From contig JBGQBE010000019.1 of assembly GCA_041494685.1 (NCBI GenBank), positions 1 through 53,367 of the forward strand: a DNA stretch of 53,367 bases, read 5' to 3'. The DNA is from Dehalococcoidia bacterium (GTDB lineage: Bacteria; Chloroflexota; Dehalococcoidia; DSTF01; JACRBR01). This document shows, one piece after another, positions 12,951-21,837 of this stretch (positions are counted from its first letter, which is position 1; every line of letters starts with the position of its first letter). Made by a program: the position numbers and the translations under genes. The notes below the pieces were generated by a model. It saw nothing but the letters and a program-made list of their open reading frames with translations, made no database searches and was not told the DNA's origin.

Positions 12951-13763
12951 CTACCGCCCCTTGAACTGGGGCTGGCGGTTCTCGACGAAGGCGCGCGGGC
13001 CCTCGCGGGCGTCTTCCGTCGTCTGGGCGATCGCCATCGCCTGGCCGGCCTCCTCGAACGCCTCGTGCCACGACGCGTCCAGCCCGCGGTACACCAGCCG
13101 CTTGGCAAGCTGCATCGCGACGGCGGGGCCTTCCGCCAGGCGGCGGGCGAGCGCCGTCGCCGTGGCGAGCAGGTCGTCCGCCGGCACGACCTTCGACACG
13201 TAGCCGAGGCGCAGCGCCTCTGCCGCGTCGATGAAGTCGCCCGTCCAGATCATCTCCAGCGCCTTCGCGATGCCGACGATGCGCGGCAGGAAGTAGCAGC
13301 CGCCGTCGCCGGGCACGAGGCCGACCTTCACGTACGACATGGCGAACTTCGCCGCCTCGGAGGCGATGCGGATGTCGGCCATCGACGCCATGTCCATGCC
13401 CGCGCCGACGGCCGCGCCGTTCACCGCGGCGATGTACGGCTTGTCGAGCAGCTGGACGGCGCGCGGCACGTTGTGCACGCCGTCGCGCAACCAGTTGCGG
13501 CGATCGGCCGCGGTGGGCGGCGTCTCGGCCTGCGCCGCCTCCGACACGCCGGAGCCGCCGCGCAGGTCCGCTCCGGCGCAGAAGCCGCGGCCGTTGCCCG
13601 TCAGGATGACCGCGCGCACGGCGCGGTCGATGCGGGCGTCCTCGAGCGCCGCGGCCCATTCGCGCAGCATGACGTCGGTGAAGGCGTTCATGCGCTCGGG
13701 CCGGTTCAGCGTGATCGTGGCGACGCCGTCCGCCTTGTCGTAGAGGATCTGCTGGAAGTCCAC
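12951..13763 (-). CDS. Enoyl-CoA hydratase/isomerase family protein
   Basis: TLNRPERMNA; FCAGADL; AVNGAAVGAG; EDAREGPRAF. GGGAGG RBS before GTG 13763. Confidence 0.93.
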   Translation of the reverse strand: MDFQQILYDKADGVATITLNRPERMNAFTDVMLREWAAALEDARIDRAVRAVILTGNGRGFCAGADLRGGSGVSEAAQAETPPTAADRRNWLRDGVHNVPRAVQLLDKPYIAAVNGAAVGAGMDMASMADIRIASEAAKFAMSYVKVGLVPGDGGCYFLPRIVGIAKALEMIWTGDFIDAAEALRLGYVSKVVPADDLLATATALARRLAEGPAVAMQLAKRLVYRGLDASWHEAFEEAGQAMAIAQTTEDAREGPRAFVENRQPQFKGR

Positions 13764-13775
13764 GTACGCCTCCCG

Positions 13776-13887
13776 GAGAACCCAGAACTGAGAACCTGGA
13801 ACCTGTGGGTAAGACGGGGCACTGTCGCACAATCGAAGCGCTGGTTCTAGGCACCGTGTCCAGGACCCAGAACCTAGAACCCCAGAG
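13776..13887. repeat. Degenerate heptamer tandem repeats (NAGAACC-type)
   Basis: GAGAACC-CAGAACT-GAGAACC-TGGAACC at 13776; CAGGACC-CAGAACC-TAGAACC at 13861. Confidence 0.7.
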
Positions 13888-14260
13888 CCTCCTTTCGGGG
13901 GCGTTAGGGGGCGCTTTTCGTACCGTCATTTGCTTTATGTCGTGCGATTTGAATCTGAGGATGTACCTGTTTTGTAATTTTGCCTTTTCGGGGCGGGACC
14001 CGGAGCCTGGAACCCGGGGCAGAACTTCCTGCTTCGTCGGGGCGGAACGTAGCACGGAGTGAGGGCGATCTCCAAGCGGGCGGTGTCCGCCCGGACGCGG
14101 AACCCAGAGCCACGGCAGTAGCCAGAACCCAGGCCGCGGAATCGGTGTCAGGTTCCTAATTGTTGGTTGGGTTCTGGTTCGGTCCATTCGGTTCTGGCGC
14201 GTAGCGCCCGGCGGCCGCACAATTCGGGCACATTTCTCAGCTTGCGCACTGGAGGCCCAC

Positions 14261-15049
14261 ATGGAGTTCAAGGAAGTCATCGGCCGGCGGCGTTCCATCC
14301 GATTCTTCGACCCGGACCGCCCGGTCGAGCACGAGAAGATCCAGAAGATGCTGGAGGCGGCGCGCCTCGCCTCCTGCGCGGTGAACGCCCAGTGGGCCCG
14401 CGCCGTCGTCAGCTTCCGCGACGACCTGACGGAGGACCAGCTCACCCGCCTCAAGACGCCCGTCGCGGGCCTGAACGTCGACCTGGCGCCGGTGCACATC
14501 CACTGGTTCAACGACCTGGGGACGGTGAACCGCGCGAAGGGCGCGCCGCTCAAGCAGCTGGTGGACGTGGGCGCGCTGGCGCCGACGCACGGCTGGAGCC
14601 ACAAGTTCGTGGACGAGTTCGTCTACCCCCAGATCCTCAAGCCGCTGACCGAGAACCCGGCGTACGCCGTCGCCTCGACGTTCGACGTCGGCATCGCCGT
14701 CTGCCAGGCGCTGTTGACCGGCGTGGACGAGGGGCTGGGCGTCGGCCTGGTGACGCTGAATGGCGCCGTGCTCAAGGAAGTGTTCAAGGTGCCCGCCGAC
14801 TGGATCCCGCTGTCGACGATCCTGGTCGGCTACCCGTCCGAGTCGTGGGACGGCGGCGGCCAGCGGCCGCGCCCGCCGTTCGAGGACCTGTACTTCGAGG
14901 GCGAGTACGGCAAGCCGTTCCTCCGCGACGACGCGGTCGTGGACGAGTTGAAGCGGGCGAAGATGATCCAGGAGCCCGCGAAGCCGCACGACCCGAAGCG
15001 CATCGAAGAGATCAAGAAGCTGGCCGAGAAGTACGGCCTGCCGATGTAG
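14261..15049 (+). CDS. Nitroreductase family protein
   Basis: IGRRRSIRFF; LEAARLASCAVNAQ; GVDEGLGVG; VGYP. GGAGG RBS. Confidence 0.88.
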   Translation: MEFKEVIGRRRSIRFFDPDRPVEHEKIQKMLEAARLASCAVNAQWARAVVSFRDDLTEDQLTRLKTPVAGLNVDLAPVHIHWFNDLGTVNRAKGAPLKQLVDVGALAPTHGWSHKFVDEFVYPQILKPLTENPAYAVASTFDVGIAVCQALLTGVDEGLGVGLVTLNGAVLKEVFKVPADWIPLSTILVGYPSESWDGGGQRPRPPFEDLYFEGEYGKPFLRDDAVVDELKRAKMIQEPAKPHDPKRIEEIKKLAEKYGLPM

Positions 15050-15081
15050 CCGCGCGAGCGACGCGCGCTCCGGTGCTCGCC

Positions 15082-15156
15082 GTAGGGGCGCAGCCTGCTG
15101 CGCCCGCGCCCACCAACAACCACAACACACGTAGGGGCGCAGCCTGCTGCGCCCCT
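15082..15156 (+). repeat. Two GTAG-type REP-like palindromes in direct orientation
   Basis: GTAG-GGGCGCAGC-CT-GCTGCGCCC at 15082 and 15131, separated by a CA-rich spacer. Confidence 0.75.
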
Positions 15157-15173
15157 CTCCGCCGGAGGGACGC

Positions 15174-15557
15174 ATGCCCGACGAAACGCCAGCACCGGAA
15201 GCGCCGGTGGAACTCCGCGCGATGCAGGAATACGCCTCCGTGCGGACGTGGCTCGACGGGCTGCGCCAGCACTGGGGCGGCGACCCCGCCACCGACGACC
15301 CCGAGCGGCTGCCGATCATGGAAGCGTTCTGCCGCCACACCAACCGCGACCCCGATCAGATCATCAAGGAGACGACGATGATCAAGGACGGCGAACGGCG
15401 CATTCGCCTCAAGGGCCGCGAGCGCTACTCCAACCTGATCGACGCCTGGCAGGCGCAGGTCGAAGGCTCGCGCATCCGCAAGGCCAAGTGCGGCAACACC
15501 GTCCGCAGCTTCCTCATCCACAACGGCGTCCTCCTGGCCTCCGGCATGCAGGCGTAG
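15174..15557 (+). CDS. Hypothetical protein (127 aa)
   Basis: GGAGG RBS, host-like codon usage, non-low-complexity translation. Confidence 0.8.
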   Translation: MPDETPAPEAPVELRAMQEYASVRTWLDGLRQHWGGDPATDDPERLPIMEAFCRHTNRDPDQIIKETTMIKDGERRIRLKGRERYSNLIDAWQAQVEGSRIRKAKCGNTVRSFLIHNGVLLASGMQA

Positions 15558-15770
15558 CGCTCCATACTGGCTGCCGCCGGGGCGCATGTCGGGCGGATCA
15601 GGTCCCAGCCCGGGCCGTAACGGACGAGCGTTCAGCTCCTGCCCCAACCCCGTGGCGCACCACAGCACCGAATGCTCGGTAGTGGGTCAGAAGGGGCTAG
15701 ACAGCAAGACACAGGCCTGATAAACTCGCCATTGTTAAACATCTACGCAGCGAAGGCGGGTATAGCTAAG

Positions 15771-16451
15771 GTGAACGGGACATTTCCTCGTTATGACGAC
15801 CCATCGGAGTTGAGCCTACTTTACCTCCAATCTTTCCCAGCCCGATTCCATGTTGATGCCGCACGAGTCATCCGTGATTCGTTCGGAAGCGCGTTCGGAA
15901 AGGACGACGACCTGTTACCGGGAGCGCGACGCGACAAGTACCCAATTGACCGGCGCGCGCTGGTCCAGACATCGCTTCACACCCTATGCGCTCGATACCA
16001 GAAGCAAGGCGTTCGCTCGGTCGAGCGCGTGAACGCAGCGGCAAACTACCACCACGTCGAGATAACTTCAGGGCCCGTCGTTCTCATCGCCGCCGCTGTG
16101 GACTCCGAGAAAGAAGTGGTACGCGACGCAAAGTATCGACGGTACCTCGCAAAGAACCCTCAGCGCGCTCTCCACGGTCTTGGGGTTTCAGACGACGATG
16201 AGGATGAGCCTGACGACAAGGGGGCGCTCTTGGCGGTGATTCTGTATGGCCCGAGCAGTAAGTATCCGTATCGGCGCGAGGATGCTGCGCCTGGCTTCGT
16301 CTCCGTCCGATTTCCCACCGATGATTTCTCAGGCTACGCGGAGGGCCGCGTAGATCTCCTCGCACGCCTGACGGAACACGACAACGCGCGCCAGCGGCCT
16401 GCTAGCCCAATCGTTGAACCTCGCCGCGCAGCCGATGCAAAGATGTCATAG
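15771..16451 (+). CDS. Hypothetical protein, candidate toxin partner of the downstream XRE-ImmA protein
   Basis: ORF with AT-richer third positions, ending 2 bp before the next gene. GTG at 15771 follows TATAGCT; the ORF is open from 15672. Confidence 0.72.
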   Translation: MNGTFPRYDDPSELSLLYLQSFPARFHVDAARVIRDSFGSAFGKDDDLLPGARRDKYPIDRRALVQTSLHTLCARYQKQGVRSVERVNAAANYHHVEITSGPVVLIAAAVDSEKEVVRDAKYRRYLAKNPQRALHGLGVSDDDEDEPDDKGALLAVILYGPSSKYPYRREDAAPGFVSVRFPTDDFSGYAEGRVDLLARLTEHDNARQRPASPIVEPRRAADAKMS

Positions 16452-16453
16452 GG

Positions 16454-17638
16454 ATGCCTACCGGTAGCCACGGATTTAACGGCGCGAAACTTCGTGAAGC
16501 GCGCGAAGCGCGCCAGTTGACGGGCGTATCACTTGCAGAGATCGCGGGGATCACATCCGCAATGATTTCGCAATACGAGCACGGTACGCGAACACCTCAA
16601 CCGGAAGTGCTCGAACGCCTCGCGCGCGGCCTGAATCTACCCATCGCGTTCTTCCTCGAAAGCGACTCCGCGCCCGAGGACGACTCGCCGCTAACCTTTC
16701 GCTCCTTGAGCGCTGCTACAAAGGCCGCCCGCACTAAGGAAGACCGAAGGTTCCGTTGGCACGGCAAGGCCACGCGATACATCTCCAGCTTTGTACATCT
16801 ACCGCCCGTCACCTTCCCGAATTGGAACTTGCCGGTTGACCCGACGGAGTTGGATAACGACACGATCGAACGTGCTGCCAATCAACTACGACGCTACTGG
16901 AACTTAGACGAAGAACCAATTCCTGACGTCGTCGAACTTCTGGAGGGTCACGGCGCGGTTGTTGTCCGGTACGAGCTCGGCGCTCACGAACTTGACGCGT
17001 ATTCCTCATGGCGCAACGGGCGACCTCACATCGTGCTCGGCGCTGACAAGATGTCGGCGGTTCGCTCTCGGTACGACGCGAGTCACGAGTTAGGCCATCT
17101 CATTCTCCACCGCCGGGCGACGCGCACGCAGTTGAACAACTCGGTTGTTCTCAAGGAAGCTGAACGTCAGGCGTTCTTCTTCGCAGGTGCATTCCTGCTG
17201 CCGGAATCAACATTCTCGGAGGACTTTGGCGTGCCGACGCTCGATGCCCTCCTGTCGCTAAAGATGAAATGGGGTGTGTCGGTCGCGGCCATGATTAAAC
17301 GAGCCGAATGGCTGAACCTCATAACGGAGGAACAGACCGCTCGGTTGTGGGTCGCCATGGGACGAAGACGATGGCGCACCAGGGAACCCTATGACGATCA
17401 GATCTCTCCTGAGGAACCACGCACGCTGCGTACGGCATTCGAGGCGGCGCGCCAAACAAACACGTTCACAATTGGTGGACTACGCGCCGCCCTGAATCTT
17501 CCGGACTCCGACATTGAGCAGCTTTGCGGATTGCCTTCCGGATATCTCGGTTCGGCACCGCCCGCCTATCTCATGACAGATGAGAACGCTGATGCTGAGG
17601 ACTTCCAACTGCTCCAATTTCCTCAGCGGGGCACTTGA
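16454..17638 (+). CDS. XRE-family HTH fused to ImmA/IrrE (peptidase M78) metalloprotease
   Basis: N-terminal LREAREARQLT...ISQYEHGTRTP HTH; RSRYDASHELGH (HExxH); ERQAFFFAGAFLLP; LKMKWGVS. Confidence 0.92.
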   Translation: MPTGSHGFNGAKLREAREARQLTGVSLAEIAGITSAMISQYEHGTRTPQPEVLERLARGLNLPIAFFLESDSAPEDDSPLTFRSLSAATKAARTKEDRRFRWHGKATRYISSFVHLPPVTFPNWNLPVDPTELDNDTIERAANQLRRYWNLDEEPIPDVVELLEGHGAVVVRYELGAHELDAYSSWRNGRPHIVLGADKMSAVRSRYDASHELGHLILHRRATRTQLNNSVVLKEAERQAFFFAGAFLLPESTFSEDFGVPTLDALLSLKMKWGVSVAAMIKRAEWLNLITEEQTARLWVAMGRRRWRTREPYDDQISPEEPRTLRTAFEAARQTNTFTIGGLRAALNLPDSDIEQLCGLPSGYLGSAPPAYLMTDENADAEDFQLLQFPQRGT

Positions 17639-17805
17639 CGATGCCCATCGACGATGCTTCACCGGGACAGGGTTAGGTGAGGACTACACGCGGCGGATTG
17701 AGATCGCGGCATCACTTCGGCGAACTGTCGAAGCGTTAGACGCACTGGCGCCTCGTGTTCAACACGCTGCTAACCGGCGCAGGGGCCACTGCCGCTCCGC
17801 CCCCG

Positions 17806-18693
17806 TCACGCGCTCACGCGCGGCCGGCCTCGCCGGTAGACGAACCAGTAGATGCTCCCCACCATCAGCGCGCCGCCGATGATGTTGCCGATCGTCACAG
17901 GCAGCAGATTGTCGACGAAGAAGCCGGACCACGTCAGGTGCGAAAGGTCGACAGGAGCCGTCGTGTGTATCCCCGTCAGCGTATCCTCGCGCTTCAGTAG
18001 CAGGCCCATCGGGATGAAGTACATGTTGGCGACGCTGTGCTCGAACCCGCTCGCGACGAACGCCGTGATGGGGAACACGATCGCCACCGCCTTGTCGATG
18101 TTGCTGCGCGCGCTATAGCTCAGCCAGACGGCAAGACAGACCAGGCTGTTGCAGAGCATGCCCAGCGCGATCGCCTCCGTGAAGCCCATGTTCACCTTGC
18201 GGTTCGCGATGAGCAGGGCGTTCTGGCCGACCAGGTGCCCGTCGAACGTCCACTGGCGGCTGAAGTAGACCAGCACCGCCGTCGCCAGCGCCCCCGCGAA
18301 GTTCCCGATGTAGACGAGCAGCCAGTTCCGCAGCAGCATCGGCCCGCTGATCTTGCGGCTCGCCCACGCCATGACGATGAGGTTGTTGCCGGTGAACAGC
18401 TCCGCGCCGCCGATGACGACGAGGATCAGCCCGAGACTGAACGCGATCCCGCCCACAAAGCGCGCCGCGCCGTAGCCAAGGCCCGAGTCCGTCGTGACCA
18501 CCGTGAAGAAGTTGGCGCCCAGGGCGATGAACGCGCCGGCGAGGAGCGCCAGTGCCAGCGTGTTCAACAGCGGCAGGCGCGCTTTCGCGACGCCGACGTC
18601 CTCGGCCCGGGAGGCCATCTCCGGAGGCAGCAGCGGATCGAAACGGATCGGCTCCGGCGAGCGGTCTTCGGCGGGCGATGTGCCACCTTGCAT
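17806..18693 (-). CDS. Formate/nitrite transporter (FNT, FocA/NirC family)
   Basis: LAGAFIALG; GAELFTGN; GFEHSVANM; VTIGNIIGG. Confidence 0.95.
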   Translation of the reverse strand: MQGGTSPAEDRSPEPIRFDPLLPPEMASRAEDVGVAKARLPLLNTLALALLAGAFIALGANFFTVVTTDSGLGYGAARFVGGIAFSLGLILVVIGGAELFTGNNLIVMAWASRKISGPMLLRNWLLVYIGNFAGALATAVLVYFSRQWTFDGHLVGQNALLIANRKVNMGFTEAIALGMLCNSLVCLAVWLSYSARSNIDKAVAIVFPITAFVASGFEHSVANMYFIPMGLLLKREDTLTGIHTTAPVDLSHLTWSGFFVDNLLPVTIGNIIGGALMVGSIYWFVYRRGRPRVSA

Positions 18694-18995
18694 CTCACCG
18701 ATCCTCAGGGCGCTACCCGGCGCGCGACGCCTGATTAGAGCAGCCACCGCGGCCATACGTCAACGCGCGCCAGCCGGTGACGGCGCCGCCTCGTCGCATC
18801 TCGCACCGCGCAGCGCCGTACGGTGCGATCAGGGTTCGCACGTCCGCGCTATGCGGCCGAACTCCTCCTCGCGCGGCAGCGCCACAGACCGCCTCCCAGT
18901 GTCACGCCCCGCTGCGATATCGCACGCCCGCCGTCGTACACTGGCGCTCACCCCGTTCCGCCCCCAAACGGAGCCGCCATGCCCATCGCACGCGC

Positions 18996-19110
18996 TTTGC
19001 CCTTTGCCGTTTGCTGTTTGCCGTTTGCTGTTCGCCGTCGTTCTGTTGTCCGTTGTCTGTTGTCTGCTGTTCGCCGTTTGCTGTTCGCCGTCATCCTGTT
19101 GTCTGCTGTC
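18996..19110. repeat. Degenerate heptamer tandem repeat array (TTTGCYG/TTGTCTG)
   Basis: TTTGCCC TTTGCCG TTTGCTG TTTGCCG TTTGCTG TTCGCCG ... TTGTCCG TTGTCTG TTGTCTG; intergenic and strand-skewed. Confidence 0.85.
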
Positions 19111-19211
19111 GTCGGTCAATCAGACACACCAGTCTGGTTGCCGTCGGAGTCAATCAGAAGAATGCGATCCGCGGAAAAAACAATGGTCAATCAAACGCCG
19201 CCGCCGCCGGC

Positions 19212-19580
19212 CTACGCGGCGGCCGTGGACAGCGCCGCCAGCTCGGCCTGCACGCGCCGCAGCACGTCCAGCGGCAGGAAGGGCTTGGCGATGATGCCGT
19301 CGGCGCCGCAGGCGCCCGCATCGACGCCGTCGACGTTGCCGGTCATCAGGAGCACCAGCGGCGGCTGCGGGTTCGTCTTGAGGGCGGCGCAGACGTCGAC
19401 GCCGTTGAGCTTCGGCAGGCCCACGTCCAGCAGCACCAGGTCGGGCCGCTCGCGCCAGGCCGCTTCCAGCGCGGCGCTGCCGTCGGCCGCCTCCACAAGG
19501 CGCGAGCCCGCCGGTCCGAGCGCCGCCGTCAGCAGCGCCCGCACGACGGGCTCGTCATCGACGATGAGGATGGTGTGCAT
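19212..19580 (-). CDS. Single-domain response regulator (REC, CheY-like)
   Basis: ILIVDDEP; LVLLDVGLP (phospho-Asp); LMTG; AKPF. Confidence 0.92.
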   Translation of the reverse strand: MHTILIVDDEPVVRALLTAALGPAGSRLVEAADGSAALEAAWRERPDLVLLDVGLPKLNGVDVCAALKTNPQPPLVLLMTGNVDGVDAGACGADGIIAKPFLPLDVLRRVQAELAALSTAAA

Positions 19581-19658
19581 GCCGGCCTTCCCGGTTGCGA
19601 CGCGGGCGTCCGTGCCCGCGCGCCCCGTCTCCGGGGCCGGCAACCGTGCCTGGTGTCC

Positions 19659-19922
19659 CTACCGTTTTGCCCTGGACAGCGACAGCGTGAGCCGCACGTC
19701 CTTCAGCACATCCTTGGCGGCGTCGCCCTGGCCGATGTCGATGCAGTCGCAGTACGCGGCGAAGATCGACCGGTCCAGCAGGCGCAGCCCCTGCTCGTTG
19801 AGCTCTTCGAAGTGGTCGCGCCGCAGGCGGAGCAGCCGGCGCAGACGGCTCAGGTAGCCATCGCGCAGCTGGTCCGGCCCGGCGTGCGTGATCTCACTGA
19901 TCGACGTCCGTAGATCCTTCAT
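19659..19922 (-). CDS. Small hypothetical protein (87 aa)
   Basis: MKDLRTSISE...AAYCDCIDIG; co-oriented between two response regulators; host-like codon usage. Confidence 0.75.
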   Translation of the reverse strand: MKDLRTSISEITHAGPDQLRDGYLSRLRRLLRLRRDHFEELNEQGLRLLDRSIFAAYCDCIDIGQGDAAKDVLKDVRLTLSLSRAKR

Positions 19923-19959
19923 CGGGCGCTTCTCTCTGGATATGTGGGCGCCGGCCATC

Positions 19960-20694
19960 CTAGCCGACCGCCTGTTCGTCGGTGCCGCCGCCCAGGTCCG
20001 GTCCGCTGTCCAGCCCCACGATGCCCTTGCGGATCGCGTAGCGGATCAGGTCGGTGCGGTTCTGCGCGTGCAGCTTCGACATGATGTGGGCCTTGTGCGC
20101 CTCGACGGTCTTGACGCTGATGAACAGCTCGCCGGCGATCTTCTGGTTGGAGTAGCCCTCGGCGATCAGCTGCAGCACCTCGCGCTCGCGGCTGGTGAGC
20201 AGGTCGTAGCCCGTCTTGGACTCCGGCTTCTTCGCCTGCCACAGGTAGTCCTGGACGGCGTCGCCCTCGCTGATGGCGGAACTGAAGTACGTGTTGCCGC
20301 GGTGCACCGTCTGGATGCCCAGCAGCAGCTCCTGCACGTCCGACTTCTTCACGACGTAGCCGCTGGCGCCGGCGCGCAGCGCCGCCAGGATCTGCTCGTC
20401 CTCCATGTAGCCGGTGAGGATGAGGATCTTCGACTTGGGAGCGCGGCGCCGGATCTGGCGCGTGGCCTCCAGGCCGTTCAGGCCCGGCATGACCATGTCC
20501 ATCAGCACCACGTCGGGGTGCAGCCTCTCGGAGCACTCCAGCGCCTCGCGGCCGTTGCTGGCGTCGCCCACGACTTCCACTTCCGGCTGGTTCTCCAGCA
20601 GCATCCGCAGCGCCTGGCGCAGGACGGCGTGGTCGTCAACGATGAGTACCTTGATGCGGCTTGCGTGCTGCCGCGGGGCCATTCCGTTCGTCAT
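19960..20694 (-). CDS. NarL/FixJ-family response regulator (REC + LuxR HTH)
   Basis: VLIVDDH; VVLMDMVMPG; LTSREREVLQLIAEGYSNQKIAGELFISVKTVEAH. GGGAGG RBS before ATG 20694. Confidence 0.95.
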   Translation of the reverse strand: MTNGMAPRQHASRIKVLIVDDHAVLRQALRMLLENQPEVEVVGDASNGREALECSERLHPDVVLMDMVMPGLNGLEATRQIRRRAPKSKILILTGYMEDEQILAALRAGASGYVVKKSDVQELLLGIQTVHRGNTYFSSAISEGDAVQDYLWQAKKPESKTGYDLLTSREREVLQLIAEGYSNQKIAGELFISVKTVEAHKAHIMSKLHAQNRTDLIRYAIRKGIVGLDSGPDLGGGTDEQAVG

Positions 20695-20768
20695 GTCTAG
20701 GTTCCCTCCCTTAGCGTGGCCGCCCTTGATGCGGGCGATCCTCTCTGCCTGTCGTCCTTGACCGTTCG

Positions 20769-20796
20769 TAGGGAGCACCCTTAGGTGTTTCCCCTA
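20769..20796. promoter_or_regulatory. Tandem imperfect palindromes, candidate operator upstream of the NarL-type gene
   Basis: TAGGGAGCACCCTTA (20769) and TAGGTGTTTCCCCTA (20782), offset by 13 bp. Confidence 0.55.
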
Positions 20797-20808
20797 TCGG
20801 AAGCTACG

Positions 20809-21036
20809 CTACCACACGTTCTCCTTGCCCGGCAACGGCTTCCCGCCGCCCAGATCGGGCAGCAGCGAGACGGTCCGGTTCAGCGATGCCGCCTCGTCGT
20901 ACACGCCCTGGCGGCTGACGCCATCGACGCTGGCGGGGTAGTCCCGCGTCGCGCCGCAGCGCTTGCAGCGGCCCCGGACGACCTCGTCCTCCGGAACGGA
21001 AAGTACCCAGTGATGTACACACGCCTGCGCGACCAT
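20809..21036 (-). CDS. Small putative zinc-binding protein (CxHHW...CxxC)
   Basis: MVAQACVHHW...GRCKRCG; AAGGAGG RBS. Confidence 0.8.
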   Translation of the reverse strand: MVAQACVHHWVLSVPEDEVVRGRCKRCGATRDYPASVDGVSRQGVYDEAASLNRTVSLLPDLGGGKPLPGKENVW

Positions 21037-21099
21037 GAGCTGCCGTCCTCCTTGCTCCGAACGAGGGCGAGTATGCCGCCGCACGAAGAGGGTTCCCAT

Positions 21100-21148
21100 C
21101 AGGGATTACCCTTAGAAACCCTAGGGGAAGACCCCTAAAACCCTAAGG
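21100..21148. promoter_or_regulatory. Cluster of TAGGG/CCCTA palindromes, candidate operator
   Basis: CAGGGATTACCCTTA (21100), TAGGGGAAGACCCCTA (21122) and extra CCCTA half-sites, upstream of a CATACT -10-like hexamer (21070-21075, minus strand). Confidence 0.6.
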
Positions 21149-21318
21149 AACAGCAGGATCGGGAGGGATTTGCGAAGCCGCAGTGGGCGGAACCACCCGT
21201 GCGCATGAGGGCGCCACTGCCCCGCCGCGCGTGTTTCTCCCGCGCGAGGGAAGCGTCGATCCAGGACGGCACGGCGGGCGCGGCCTTACGCGATCGAGCT
21301 GGCGGCGCTCCGCGGGCG

Positions 21319-21609
21319 TCAGGGATCTCCGGCGGGCGGCAGATCCAGGGCGACGCGGGCACGGGCGAGGTCCTTGCGGAGCACCCACAGTTCGCACGAC
21401 CCGGGCAGGCCCGCGAATCCGTAGTTCACGCTCAGCGGGTCGGTCCGCTTGAGCATCGCCTGGATGCCCTGGTCGGCGAGGATGCCGCGGTAGAGTTCGG
21501 CCGATGGCTCGTTGTCGGCGCCGGTAAGCAGCACCAGCTCGTCGGGCGAGGGCAGCCGGCGCGGAGCGGCGGGATCAGGGCGGCGAAAGACGCGGCCGAG
21601 GAATCGCAT
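21319..21609 (-). CDS. DUF2007-like putative signal-transducing protein
   Basis: NEPSAELYRGILADQGI...ELWVLRKDLARARVAL pattern. Confidence 0.72.
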   Translation of the reverse strand: MRFLGRVFRRPDPAAPRRLPSPDELVLLTGADNEPSAELYRGILADQGIQAMLKRTDPLSVNYGFAGLPGSCELWVLRKDLARARVALDLPPAGDP

Positions 21610-21685
21610 GGTCGCAGAGTATACGCACCGCGCCGGGCGAGGGATGCGGCGGGGCGGGCATGTTAGAATGTCGCGCGCTCGGCGA

Positions 21686-21777
21686 GGAGGGGTCGCATAG
21701 TGGCCTAGTGCGGGCGCCTGCTAAGCGCTTATCCCGGGAAATCGGGATCGAGGGTTCGAATCCCTCCCCCTCCGCCA
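21686..21777 (+). tRNA. tRNA-Ser(GCT)
   Basis: Acceptor stem GGAGGGG/CCCCTCC; anticodon loop CT-GCT-AA; long variable arm; GGTTCGAATCC T-arm; discriminator G and encoded CCA. TGnTAGAAT extended -10 at 21661-21669. Confidence 0.97.
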
Positions 21778-21837
21778 ACCTCACGCCACAGCCACACGCC
21801 GTACAAGATTATGCGCCGTGCGACGGCGGATGTCCGC

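Noticed and set aside
12913..14604. Apparent 797-aa PurQ fusion
   Set aside because: The extension overlaps the enoyl-CoA hydratase and nitroreductase genes; PurQ begins at MKFAVLVFPG (12912).
18996..19110. CRISPR array or a coding ORF over the repeat tract
   Set aside because: Units are 7 bp with no unique spacers and no cas genes; translations are low-complexity.
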